Of a DNA stretch of 38,348 bases, positions 1-8,403 are shown one piece after another. The stretch lies in the IMG/VR virus record IMGVR_UViG_2609459797_000003, one strand, 5' to 3'. Position 1 is the first letter of the stretch; each line of letters starts with the position of its first letter. The position numbers were made by a program, and so were the translations under genes. The notes under the pieces are model-generated. The model was not told where the DNA came from and did no database searches. It saw only the letters and a list, made by a program, of their open reading frames with translations. This DNA comes from a virus. Its lineage: Duplodnaviria; Heunggongvirae; Uroviricota; Caudoviricetes.

Positions 1-1254
1 ATGCTGGAACAAATGGGCATTGCCGCGAAGCAAGCCTCGTATAAATTAGCGCAACTCTCCAGCCGCGAAAAAAATCGCGTGCTGGAAAAAATCGCCGATG
101 AACTGGAAGCACAAAGCGAAATCATCCTCAACGCTAACGCCCAGGATGTTGCTGACGCGCGAGCCAATGGCCTTAGCGAAGCGATGCTTGACCGTCTGGC
201 ACTGACGCCCGCACGGCTGAAAGGCATTGCCGACGATGTACGTCAGGTGTGCAACCTCGCCGATCCGGTGGGGCAGGTAATCGATGGCGGCGTACTGGAC
301 AGCGGCCTGCGTCTTGAGCGTCGTCGCGTACCGCTGGGGGTTATTGGCGTGATTTATGAAGCGCGCCCGAACGTGACGGTTGATGTCGCTTCGCTGTGCC
401 TGAAAACCGGTAATGCGGTGATCCTGCGCGGTGGCAAAGAAACGTGTCGCACTAACGCTGCAACGGTGGCGGTGATTCAGGACGCCCTGAAATCCTGCGG
501 CTTACCGGCGGGTGCCGTGCAGGCGATTGATAATCCTGACCGTGCGCTGGTCAGTGAAATGCTGCGTATGGATAAATACATCGACATGCTGATCCCGCGT
601 GGTGGCGCTGGTTTGCATAAACTGTGCCGTGAACAGTCGACAATCCCGGTGATCACAGGTGGTATAGGCGTATGCCATATTTACGTTGATGAAAGTGTAG
701 AGATCGCTGAAGCATTAAAAGTGATCGTCAACGCGAAAACTCAGCGTCCGAGCACATGTAATACGGTTGAAACGTTGCTGGTGAATAAAAACATCGCCGA
801 TAGCTTCCTGCCCGCATTAAGCAAACAAATGGCGGAAAGCGGCGTGACATTACACGCAGATGCAGCTGCACTGGCGCAGTTGCAGGCAGGCCCTGCGAAG
901 GTGGTTGCTGTTAAAGCCGAAGAGTATGACGATGAGTTTCTGTCATTAGATTTGAACGTCAAAATCGTCAGCGATCTTGACGATGCCATCGCCCATATTC
1001 GTGAACACGGCACACAACACTCCGATGCGATCCTGACCCGCGATATGCGCAACGCCCAGCGTTTTGTTAACGAAGTGGATTCGTCCGCTGTTTACGTTAA
1101 CGCCTCTACGCGTTTTACCGACGGCGGCCAGTTTGGTCTGGGTGCGGAAGTGGCGGTAAGCACACAAAAACTCCACGCGCGTGGCCCAATGGGGCTGGAA
1201 GCACTGACCACTTACAAGTGGATCGGCATTGGTGATTACACCATTCGTGCGTAA
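1..1254 (+). CDS. proA: gamma-glutamyl phosphate reductase (complete, 417 aa)
   Basis: Full-length ORF whose translation I recognise as E. coli ProA; stop TAA at 1252-1254. Confidence 0.95.
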
Positions 1255-1368
1255 ATAAAACCGGGTGATGCAAAAGTAGCCATTTGATTCACAAGGCCAT
1301 TGACGCATCGCCCGGTTAGTTTTAACCTTGTCCACCGTGATTCACGTTCGTGAACATGTCCTTTCAGG

Positions 1369-1444
1369 GCCGATATAGCTCAGTTGGTAGAGCAGCGCAT
1401 TCGTAATGCGAAGGTCGTAGGTTCGACTCCTATTATCGGCACCA
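1369..1444 (+). tRNA. thrW: tRNA-Thr (anticodon CGU)
   Basis: 76 nt 'GCCGATATAGCTCAGTTGGTAGAGCAGCGCATTCGTAATGCG...GGTTCGACTCCTATTATCGGCACCA': D-loop, T-loop GGTTCGA, CCA end, anticodon CGT in 'TTCGTAATG'. Confidence 0.95.
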
Positions 1445-1458
1445 TTTAAATCAATAAG

Positions 1459-2622
1459 TTACACATCATTAGTACCTTCCTTATTTTTTGACTGGGACAA
1501 ATTTGGGACCGATGGGTTCAGGATCGAGTCTATTTGCCGTGCGTGTTCGGTAAGGTGATTAGGTGCAAGGTGAGCATATCGACGAACCATTTCGATAGAC
1601 TCCCAGCCTCCCATTTCCTGTAACACTGACAACGGGACTCCGGCTTGAACCAGCCAACTTGCCCAGGTGTGTCTCAAGTCGTGAAATCTGAAATCATCAA
1701 TACCAGCCCGTCTCAGCGCCGCTTTCCAGGCTGTGTTTGCGTCATACCGCATCTTCCTTACTGTTGGCGCTTTCGTTCCGTCTGGTTTGGTACAGCTTTC
1801 CTTGTACACAAATACCCAACGGTGATGATTCCCGATTTGTTTTTTCAAAACGCGACATGCAGTATCATTCAGCGCAACGCCGATTGCGCGGTTTGATTTA
1901 CTCTCTTCTGGGTTTATCCATGCCACCCGGCGCTGCATATCTATTTGTTGCCATTCAAGGTTGATGATGTTCGAGCGTCTTAAGCCTGTTGCCAGTGCAA
2001 ATTCAACAACAGACTTTAATGGCTCCGGACATTCATCAATCAGCCTTTGTGCTTCATGGGGCTCCAGCCAGCGGATCCGTTTATTCTTTGGTTGAGGCAC
2101 TTTAATAATTGGTGCCTTATCCAGCATTTTCCATTCACGCTCTGCGGCTCTTAGTAGGGCCTTTATAAATGAAAGATGCGTAGCCTTCGTTGCAACGGAC
2201 GCTGGTTTTGGCGTGTATTCTGGAACAGGTTTCCCTTTTTTTCTGCATGCTTCTGCCCTGAGTTTCCAGTTTTCCTCATGACGCCGGTTCGTCATTTTCT
2301 GCATTGCTGAATAAATTTTTGATTCAGTAATGTCTCTTAGTTGCATTCCTGCGAAATGTTGAAGCCAGAATCCGATCCGGCTTTTGTCATCGTCCAGTGA
2401 TTTTTTATGTGCTTTCTCTTCAAGCCACCTGACACACGCTTCCTCGAACGTTATATCAGGTATTTCACCAAGTTTGCTGACCCGCCATGCTTCAGCCTTT
2501 AGCTTGTCATGGAGTTCTGTCGCCTGCCTTTTGTCCTTTGTTCCAAGAGACTGTTTAAATCTTTTACCGTTCGGCAATGTGAAACTGGCGTACCATATTT
2601 CACCTCTGCGGAAGAGTGACAT
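1459..2622 (-). CDS. phage tyrosine integrase
   Basis: 387 aa; N-terminus '[14 protein letters not shown]...' typical of prophage integrases; C-terminal '[39 protein letters not shown]' carries the R..H..R..Y catalytic signature; stop lies 14 bp from the tRNA 3' end. Confidence 0.9.
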   Translation of the reverse strand: MSLFRRGEIWYASFTLPNGKRFKQSLGTKDKRQATELHDKLKAEAWRVSKLGEIPDITFEEACVRWLEEKAHKKSLDDDKSRIGFWLQHFAGMQLRDITESKIYSAMQKMTNRRHEENWKLRAEACRKKGKPVPEYTPKPASVATKATHLSFIKALLRAAEREWKMLDKAPIIKVPQPKNKRIRWLEPHEAQRLIDECPEPLKSVVEFALATGLRRSNIINLEWQQIDMQRRVAWINPEESKSNRAIGVALNDTACRVLKKQIGNHHRWVFVYKESCTKPDGTKAPTVRKMRYDANTAWKAALRRAGIDDFRFHDLRHTWASWLVQAGVPLSVLQEMGGWESIEMVRRYAHLAPNHLTEHARQIDSILNPSVPNLSQSKNKEGTNDV

Positions 2623-2852
2623 TTTCTTTCCTCTGTTATGCCATCACCCGCGCTCACCTGGACAGTATGCAGCGGAGACTGAAGCGCCGCAATGCAGGCT
2701 TGTCGTGTTGTGAGGTAAGGAGATTTATTCTTAGTGGGATCTTTGCGTGTTGCCTGAAGACGCCCTGTGCGTATCCAGTTAATGGCAGTCGGTCTGGATA
2801 TCTTGAGAAAATGACAGGCCTCATCGAGTGTGAGGCTGTATGGCTCCATTAT
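2499..2852 (-). CDS. excisionase-like HTH DNA-binding protein (Xis/AlpA-like)
   Basis: Internal start '[31 protein letters not shown]' is a classic excisionase-type HTH; position directly upstream of int. Its 3' end overlaps the int start by ~120 nt in another frame, so the true C-terminus is uncertain. Confidence 0.6.
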   Translation of the reverse strand: MMEPYSLTLDEACHFLKISRPTAINWIRTGRLQATRKDPTKNKSPYLTTRQACIAALQSPLHTVQVSAGDGITEERKCHSSAEVKYGTPVSHCRTVKDLNSLLEQRTKGRRQNSMTS

Positions 2853-3154
2853 TTCACCTCTTGCTGTGACATTGTTGAAAAATGGATACCAGCTCGTTGC
2901 TGCCAGACGATCCAACCGAGAGTCATATCCCATGCCATGTATTCGTTATCGCCGTTTTTTGCTCTCCGACGATCTACTAAGTCACCGAAACGCTTTTCCA
3001 TGAATAATTCATAAGCTTCGCGTTCATCTGGTTCTACTTCCAGAGATAGGAGTGCGATTTCATAAGCACGGCGCTCAATATCGTCTCGCACGTCAAGGCT
3101 GCTGATACGCTCTTTAATTTCTTTAATCAGTTCTTTGTCGGTAAAAGTGGTCAT
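2849..3154 (-). CDS. hypothetical early-left phage protein (YfdT-like position)
   Basis: 101 aa ORF, ATGA overlap with xis start, co-oriented in early-left operon; acidic small protein, no recognised domain. Confidence 0.5.
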   Translation of the reverse strand: MTTFTDKELIKEIKERISSLDVRDDIERRAYEIALLSLEVEPDEREAYELFMEKRFGDLVDRRRAKNGDNEYMAWDMTLGWIVWQQRAGIHFSTMSQQEVK

Positions 3155-3516
3155 TATGCTCCAGCCTCCGGTGCTTTTGGCATTACTGCCCAGTGAGTGA
3201 TATTGACGTTTTCAAGGTCCCCGACCTGAAATGTCCACTGCCATTCTCCGGTTTCTTTTTGTCCCCAGGTGTACCAGAGAGAACGCCAGCCAATTAGCCA
3301 GCCTTCTCCGTTAGCATCGAATAACAAAACACTTTCATTTGCTGGTGGCAGTTCAGTTGACACTGGTATTACTTTGTTTTCCTGTGCTGCACATTTAGCT
3401 TCAAGCGCATCGAATTTACGCACCAGGTATTCAGCATCTGTTTCATTTACTTTCAGATCTCGCGGTACACATCTCCCACGAAGAAACCCTTCCATTTCGA
3501 AAACATTCATGCGCAT
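3154..3516 (-). CDS. hypothetical phage protein (Trp-rich C-terminus, DUF551-like)
   Basis: 120 aa ORF tightly packed in operon; 'GWLIGWRSLWYTWGQKETGEWQW' Trp-rich tail seen in prophage DUF551-type proteins. Confidence 0.5.
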   Translation of the reverse strand: MRMNVFEMEGFLRGRCVPRDLKVNETDAEYLVRKFDALEAKCAAQENKVIPVSTELPPANESVLLFDANGEGWLIGWRSLWYTWGQKETGEWQWTFQVGDLENVNITHWAVMPKAPEAGA

Positions 3517-4043
3517 TTGCGTAACTCCGATAACTCGTTAAAGCGTTCCATAAACATCCCGTAGGCATGGCCCGGTGCCAGTGGAATCACGTTGAACATT
3601 TCTGTTGCCGGGATACCTTCCAGTACAGGCCAGAAAGAGCCATCATCAAGCCCGAGATCGCGGCGTTCGGTTGCCAGCATGATGAGATCGGCATATTTCA
3701 CGGGCGTACTCATAACCGGGGGTAACCCGTATTTCTCACGGATTACGGCGTCTATTTTTTCTTCCATTTGTTTATAGTCAGGAAGAAGGCGTTTCAGTGG
3801 TGCGGGAATGTCCTGGCAATACGCTTCTGTTGCATCATGCATTAACGCTTCAAAAGCAAATTCCTGCGGCACCAGCTGGCTGCAAAGAACCGCATGTTGG
3901 GCGACGCTGTAGAAGTGCGAAAGATGACCGGCAAAGCGACAGATATTTGAAAGGGAAACCGCGATATCGTTAATATCGATGTCGTCTTTATTTATCCTGT
4001 CATAATAAAAATGCTTCCCGGAAAAAGTTTTAATAAATGACAT
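3507..4043 (-). CDS. HD-domain phosphohydrolase, 5'-deoxynucleotidase-like (YfdR/YfbR family)
   Basis: Start chosen at 'MSFIKTF' (GGAG Shine-Dalgarno 6 nt upstream on the minus strand). Motifs 'SVAQHA' and 'HDATEAY' match the H...HD metal-binding signature of HD-domain nucleotidases. Confidence 0.7.
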   Translation of the reverse strand: MSFIKTFSGKHFYYDRINKDDIDINDIAVSLSNICRFAGHLSHFYSVAQHAVLCSQLVPQEFAFEALMHDATEAYCQDIPAPLKRLLPDYKQMEEKIDAVIREKYGLPPVMSTPVKYADLIMLATERRDLGLDDGSFWPVLEGIPATEMFNVIPLAPGHAYGMFMERFNELSELRKCA

Positions 4044-4170
4044 TTTGTTCTCCACGTATATGCGCTGCACCGCGCTGAATTCTGGTAAAAAGAATCCCTC
4101 ACCATCCGGCGATTATTGAGTAAATTACGTTTCCATAAATGCCCCCGCAGGGGCATTTGCAGTAATGAAA

Positions 4171-4995
4171 TCAGGCGGTGAAAGTACCAATAAAGGTTTC
4201 TACTTTGCTGTCCTTGAATTTCTCAACAAGCAGATCACGAAATTCGTTAGCCATTTCTTCCTGCACCGCCTCCAGCTGAATAATGCGCAGAACCAGTACA
4301 GGACGATCGCCAGTGATAATACTGAGGCGTAATTTAAACGGACGTTCTTTCAGACCTTCAAACGGAACGCATTTAAATTCAAATGCCACTGGCATAATGT
4401 CTTTGGTCTTCGCTTCGACAGACTCCATCAGGGAGCGTTTGCCGCTGAAGTCATTATCTTCAAAATCAGCGGTATGGTTTGCTTCAATCGTGATTTTACG
4501 GACAGCCGCAGCCGCTTTTGTTGCCTGAATAGCGTCACCATTAGCATCAAAGCCCACAAGATAGTCGGCCCAGTCTTCAATCCATTCTGCCAGTGACTTC
4601 TGGGAGTTACGCTCGCCGTTAACAGTCAACAGAGCAGAGAACGGTGCTGTCTTTTTCAGTTTGAGTGTGGCGGTGTTATCTGCGTGACCTGGTTCATCAA
4701 TAGTACCCAGGTTAAGCACACTGACGGCACGCATATTATCAGCATCGATAAAGCAGCGGGTGCCTTCATCTGCAAGATCTTTAGAATAACGGGTAAAGTC
4801 ATCGATGCTGGCAGTGGAAAGCGCACCACGGAAACGGAAGCGATTTAAATTAAATTTTTCCAGATCATGAATGCGGAAATTCTCAGGCAATGCCACAGCA
4901 TCGGCACCAATCTTACTGATAATTTCATTAACACTCTGAGCAGAAATAAGGGCATGGATTTGATTAATTGCGGTTGCGTCTAAGTTCTGAGACAT
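4171..4995 (-). CDS. DUF2303-family phage protein (YfdQ-like)
   Basis: 274 aa; size and position next to the HD nucleotidase match the yfdQ-yfdR pair of KplE1-type prophages (recollection, not searched). Confidence 0.6.
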   Translation of the reverse strand: MSQNLDATAINQIHALISAQSVNEIISKIGADAVALPENFRIHDLEKFNLNRFRFRGALSTASIDDFTRYSKDLADEGTRCFIDADNMRAVSVLNLGTIDEPGHADNTATLKLKKTAPFSALLTVNGERNSQKSLAEWIEDWADYLVGFDANGDAIQATKAAAAVRKITIEANHTADFEDNDFSGKRSLMESVEAKTKDIMPVAFEFKCVPFEGLKERPFKLRLSIITGDRPVLVLRIIQLEAVQEEMANEFRDLLVEKFKDSKVETFIGTFTA

Positions 4996-5060
4996 AATAA
5001 GTCCTCACTATATAAAGATATTCAGTGATGAGATAAATAATCAGTTAATTAAAAACGATA

Positions 5061-5423
5061 TTAACGACCTGCTGCGCGGAGTTTTCCGTCAGGTTCACCG
5101 GCAAGAGTCAGTAACTGTCCCTGGTCTTCCTGCAGAATAGTCAGGCGACCACCGCGATTGACATACATCGGCGTTTCGGTGGTGTCTTCTTCGGAAATTT
5201 TCCCGCGGTTAGTCGGGCGAACATATGAGAGTTTGTGTTTGATTTTCACACGGTTCTCATCAAATGGTTCGATTTCCAGGTTGAGTGAGACCTTACCTTT
5301 GGTTTTCGTGTTCATCACACCGGAAGCGACTTCACTGAGAACTGCGCCGATTTTGGTTTCAAATACGCCGCCGTCCAGCTCCCCGATAAATGCCTGCACA
5401 TCAGTACTGCGTTCGCTAGCCAT
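5061..5423 (-). CDS. hypothetical phage protein (YfdP-like)
   Basis: Start chosen at 'MASERSTDVQAF' because of GAGGAG Shine-Dalgarno upstream ('gaggagcagcaaaATG' on the minus strand); the longer ORF in the track (to 5741) runs into a structured non-coding region. Confidence 0.55.
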   Translation of the reverse strand: MASERSTDVQAFIGELDGGVFETKIGAVLSEVASGVMNTKTKGKVSLNLEIEPFDENRVKIKHKLSYVRPTNRGKISEEDTTETPMYVNRGGRLTILQEDQGQLLTLAGEPDGKLRAAGR

Positions 5424-5860
5424 TTTGCTGCTCCTCATCATATCGACCCTGCAAGGCCGATTAGTTTCTCCACAAAACAGAGAAGAACACCTGCGGTGGC
5501 AGCCGCCCGGATGGATTGGGTTATGAGCCCGTCGTCCGGTGATGCTCTTCTCTGTTTTGTAAAAAGGACGGTACCAGCCGGAAGCAAGGGTACAAGCTGG
5601 TACCGCCAGGACTACACACAGCATAAAGTTGTGGTGCCGGGTGCCTCCCGGTGCCTGGCGAAGGTTGCACACCAGGCGGGTGGGTATCCACAGAAGGTCG
5701 ACTGTCAGCCTCAACCTTAACCCGCGTGCGCTGAGCCGCATTCACCACAACGCTAAGGATTCTCTTTGGTTGAAAATACTTAGCTGTTATGTGCCTGTCT
5801 TTTCACCACTTCAGGCTCGGTGGTATCCTTTTAAGCCCGTATACATAAAAGGAAAATCAA

Positions 5861-6106
5861 ATGACTTTTGATGAAAAAGAACTTGATAATGCAATTAATA
5901 AAATCATCGTAACGTCGCTCTTTTCCTGTCTCAGCGACACTCAGCAGAAACAGTTCTACGAATCGGCTTTCAACATGATCGAGCGTTGTTGTTTCTGCGA
6001 TGCCGACGAGTTACCTGAAAAAATCAGGAAACAGTTGGCTGATGCTCTTCGAGTGCGACTTTCTGACCAATTTTCTGAAATGTGCTCTCCGAATTTGGAC
6101 AAATAG
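5861..6106 (+). CDS. hypothetical 81-aa protein transcribed rightward, opposite to the early-left operon
   Basis: ATG preceded by 'aaaaggaaaatcaa' (AAGGA Shine-Dalgarno, ~7 nt spacing); Cys-rich 'ERCCFCDADELPEKIRKQLADALRVRL'. Confidence 0.45.
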   Translation: MTFDEKELDNAINKIIVTSLFSCLSDTQQKQFYESAFNMIERCCFCDADELPEKIRKQLADALRVRLSDQFSEMCSPNLDK

Positions 6107-6320
6107 AAAAAGGCCATTTCCATTCAGGGTCTGATGGAAATACTTCAGCCTGTTCCAAAGCACGGCGTAAAGAGAACACAACTCCAGCCATAATCTGATG
6201 TTTCCCATTGGTCCAGCTATCGCCGCTCTGATCTACAGGGGCGGCTATGTCGTATGACCAAACGACTTCACAGTTATTGTTTAAAATCTGGACTTTCATT
6301 TCATACACCTGCTTTAACAT
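6024..6320 (-). CDS. hypothetical first gene of early-left operon (uncertain)
   Basis: 98 aa ORF downstream of the putative OL/PL region; 3' end overlaps the convergent + strand gene by ~80 nt and contains a hairpin, so at least part may be non-coding. Confidence 0.3.
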   Translation of the reverse strand: MLKQVYEMKVQILNNNCEVVWSYDIAAPVDQSGDSWTNGKHQIMAGVVFSLRRALEQAEVFPSDPEWKWPFSICPNSESTFQKIGQKVALEEHQPTVS

Positions 6321-6416
6321 GAGTGCCTAGTGGCACAACATGACTCAACGAATCATCCTGGACTTCATATGCCCCAGGCGGCTACTTCGTGGGCGTCCTG
6401 CCTGTTCGTTGTTTCG

Positions 6417-6454
6417 CTTGGGTACATTATGTATCTCAAAGGTACATTGTCAAG
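6417..6454. promoter_or_regulatory. putative OL operator region (repeated GGTACA half-sites)
   Basis: 'cttgGGTACAttatgtatctcaaagGTACAttgtcaag' shares the GTACA half-site with the palindrome between repressor and cro. Confidence 0.4.
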
Positions 6455-6455
6455 T

Positions 6456-6479
6456 ATAAAAAAACCTGCCGAAGCAGGT
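6456..6479 (-). terminator. rho-independent terminator downstream of repressor gene
   Basis: Stem 'acctgc'/'gcaggt' with 'cgaa' tetraloop; the A-run 6456-6463 on + gives a U-tract on the minus-strand transcript immediately after the stem; 14 bp past the repressor stop. Confidence 0.55.
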
Positions 6480-6492
6480 TCATAAACATTGA

Positions 6493-7167
6493 TTAGGCTT
6501 TGATTTTGTATCTTCTTGGTTTTCCTGAGAAAATCACTGTACCAATTATAGAGCAATTACCGTTGATCTTAATGTAAGGCTCAGGCCAGTTTGGGTTTAA
6601 CGCTTTGAGATAACGCTGTGTCCCATCTTCTATCAACCTTTTGAAGGTGGTTTCACCTGTATCGTGCATCAATGCAATAACGTCGTCACCGTGGCAGGCA
6701 GGTACTTCAGGATCGACAAAAATCATGTCTCCCGGGCGGTACTCATCAATCATTGAATCACCTATCACCCGCAAGATATAAGTCATTTCCCCACAGGGTA
6801 CAGGGCAGGGATACGTTTCTGCTGTGCTCAAATCAACCTCAGAATATCCAACTTCTTTCCATGCTCCGGCCTGTACCCATGATATGACAGGGACTAATGT
6901 GATTTGTTTATTAGTGATTGAAACATCAGGTTTTTTTGTGATGTTCGTTGTCTGGTGTTCTTGATCGAGCCATCCGACAGGCAGGTCGAAACATTTTTCG
7001 ATGTGTCGTGCCATGCTGTCACCGATATTTTTAGTAGCACCATCTCCCATAAACCTGCTGGTCTGGGTTGGCTCGCGATCAATCATAGTGGCAAAGGAAG
7101 AATTCCCGCCAACACCATCTCTCAGTTTTCTGGCGTTAGACCGCCGGATGTCATGGATTGTTTTCAT
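6493..7167 (-). CDS. CI-like prophage repressor (HTH + S24 LexA-type peptidase domain)
   Basis: 224 aa; C-terminal 'ILRVIGDSMIDEYRPGDMIFVDPE...ALMHDTGETTFKRL' is the Ser/Lys autopeptidase signature of CI/LexA; divergent from a Cro-like gene. Confidence 0.85.
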   Translation of the reverse strand: MKTIHDIRRSNARKLRDGVGGNSSFATMIDREPTQTSRFMGDGATKNIGDSMARHIEKCFDLPVGWLDQEHQTTNITKKPDVSITNKQITLVPVISWVQAGAWKEVGYSEVDLSTAETYPCPVPCGEMTYILRVIGDSMIDEYRPGDMIFVDPEVPACHGDDVIALMHDTGETTFKRLIEDGTQRYLKALNPNWPEPYIKINGNCSIIGTVIFSGKPRRYKIKA

Positions 7168-7182
7168 AACGAAATTAAAACC

Positions 7183-7252
7183 CTTGTACCGTTAAGGTAC
7201 AAGTATCTTGAAGGTTCATTTCAATCATGTAATATGTACACCGGAGGTACAT
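7183..7252. promoter_or_regulatory. OR/PR region: operator palindrome plus sigma70-like promoter for cro
   Basis: Palindrome 'CTTGTACCgttaaGGTACAAG' (7183-7203, 8-bp arms); candidate -35 TTGAAG (7208-7213), 16-nt spacer, -10 TAATAT (7230-7235); second 'GTACAccggagGTACA' overlapping the GGAGG ribosome-binding site. Confidence 0.55.
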
Positions 7253-7257
7253 ATTGT

Positions 7258-7458
7258 ATGAAAGCGTATTGGGACTCTTTAACCAAAGAACAGCAGGGCG
7301 AGTTGGCCGGAAAAGTTGGCTCAACACCTGGCTACTTACGGCTGGTTTTCAATGGCTATAAAAAAGCCAGTTTTGTGCTGGCTAAAAAACTTGAGCAATG
7401 CACGTCAGGTGCAATTACGAAATCTGACTTAAGACCGGATATCTATCCGAAAGATTAG
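7258..7458 (+). CDS. Cro-like HTH regulator (YdaS-like)
   Basis: 66 aa from ATG with GGAGGT Shine-Dalgarno; 'LAGKVGSTPGYLRLVFNG' HTH and C-terminal 'LRPD' motif; divergent from repressor. Confidence 0.75.
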   Translation: MKAYWDSLTKEQQGELAGKVGSTPGYLRLVFNGYKKASFVLAKKLEQCTSGAITKSDLRPDIYPKD

Positions 7459-7489
7459 CAGAACACTTTCAATTTTTAACCACAGAACG

Positions 7490-8059
7490 ATGAGGCTAAT
7501 CGTGGGTAAGCATCACTGGAAAATAGAAAAACAGCCTGAGTGGTACGTGAAAGCTGTCAGAAAAACTATCGCGGCGTTGCCGGGTGGTTACGCTGAAGCG
7601 GCTGACTGGCTCGATGTAACAGAAAACGCTTTATTCAACCGCCTTCGTGCAGATGGCGATCAGATTTTCCCGCTGGGATGGGCAATGGTTTTACAGCGTG
7701 CTGGTGGCACTCACTTCATTGCTGATGCTGTGGCGCAGTCTGCAAATGGCGTCTTTGTGTCTCTTCCTGACGTCGAGGATGTGGACAACGCCGATATTAA
7801 CCAGCGTCTGCTGGAAGTCATTGAACAGATCGGCAGTTATTCAAAACAGATTCGTTCAGCAATCGAAGACGGTGTAGTGGAACCGCATGAGAAGACAGCA
7901 ATTAACGACGAGCTGTATCTCTCAATTTCGAAGCTGCAGGAGCATGCAGCACTTGTCTACAAAATTTTTTGCATTTCAGAAAGTAATGACGCCCGCGAGT
8001 GTGCAGCTCCGGGCGTCGTGGCGTCGATTGCTTCTGGTTGTGGAGAAACTAACGCATGA
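7490..8059 (+). CDS. early regulatory protein, YdaT-like/CII-like (tentative)
   Basis: 189 aa directly after the Cro-like gene, the position CII/YdaT-type proteins occupy in lambdoid prophages; family assignment from memory only. Confidence 0.5.
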   Translation: MRLIVGKHHWKIEKQPEWYVKAVRKTIAALPGGYAEAADWLDVTENALFNRLRADGDQIFPLGWAMVLQRAGGTHFIADAVAQSANGVFVSLPDVEDVDNADINQRLLEVIEQIGSYSKQIRSAIEDGVVEPHEKTAINDELYLSISKLQEHAALVYKIFCISESNDARECAAPGVVASIASGCGETNA

Positions 8060-8394
8060 ACAGTTTAACAACACACTACCGTCGCTCGCAACTGATTGCG
8101 CTTCCTGTACCGGGTGGAAAAGCGAAGGTGGAATATTGCTATGCAGTGAATGTACCAGGTGACAGGGAAATTGTAACCCACAGCTTTGCAGAGTGGGCTG
8201 TGGGTGATTTCAACCGGCAGAAGGAGACAGTCCTTTGCGACAAGTTAACCGCTGGTTCAAAGATCACTACGGAGTGCCCGTCAGAGTCATTCGTTGGGAG
8301 CCGGAAACACAACGAGTTATCTACCTCCGCGAAGGCTATGAGCATGAGTGCTTCAGCCCGCTCGAACAGTTTCGTCGTAAATTCAGGGAAATAG
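8056..8394 (+). CDS. hypothetical protein; C-terminal half of uncertain frame
   Basis: N-terminal ~55 aa read as a plausible protein; the Ser-rich low-complexity tail reads like out-of-frame sequence, while an alternative frame (8235..8414) reads as protein. Confidence 0.35.
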   Translation: MNSLTTHYRRSQLIALPVPGGKAKVEYCYAVNVPGDREIVTHSFAEWAVGDFNRQKETVLCDKLTAGSKITTECPSESFVGSRKHNELSTSAKAMSMSASARSNSFVVNSGK

Positions 8395-8403
8395 AGGTCG
8401 GTC

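Noticed and set aside
741-1335. Minus-strand ORFs (741..1052, 946..1335) overlapping proA and the proA-thrW spacer
   Set aside because: Antisense to a well-recognised full-length proA; no ribosome-binding site; the typical long antisense ORF of a GC-balanced gene.
1645-2713. Plus-strand ORFs inside or antisense to the integrase gene (1645..1896, 1737..1964, 2384..2713)
   Set aside because: Embedded antisense in a confidently called integrase; low-complexity translations; no start signals.
5424-5741. N-terminal 106-aa extension of ORF 5061..5741 and overlapping ORFs 5496..5720, 5521..5748, 5629..5871
   Set aside because: The extension has Arg/Cys-rich, non-protein-like composition and lies in the structured GC-rich region; a strong GAGGAG Shine-Dalgarno marks the internal start at 5423.
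5424-5860. Retron (msr-msd) interpretation of the long inverted repeats
   Set aside because: No reverse-transcriptase ORF anywhere nearby; flanking genes are ordinary early-phage genes.
6955-7257. Long plus-strand ORF 6955..7458 (167 aa) read as one large antirepressor-like gene
   Set aside because: Its first 100 codons are antisense to the cI-like repressor gene; only the last 66 codons from the ATG at 7258, with a Shine-Dalgarno, form the Cro-like gene.
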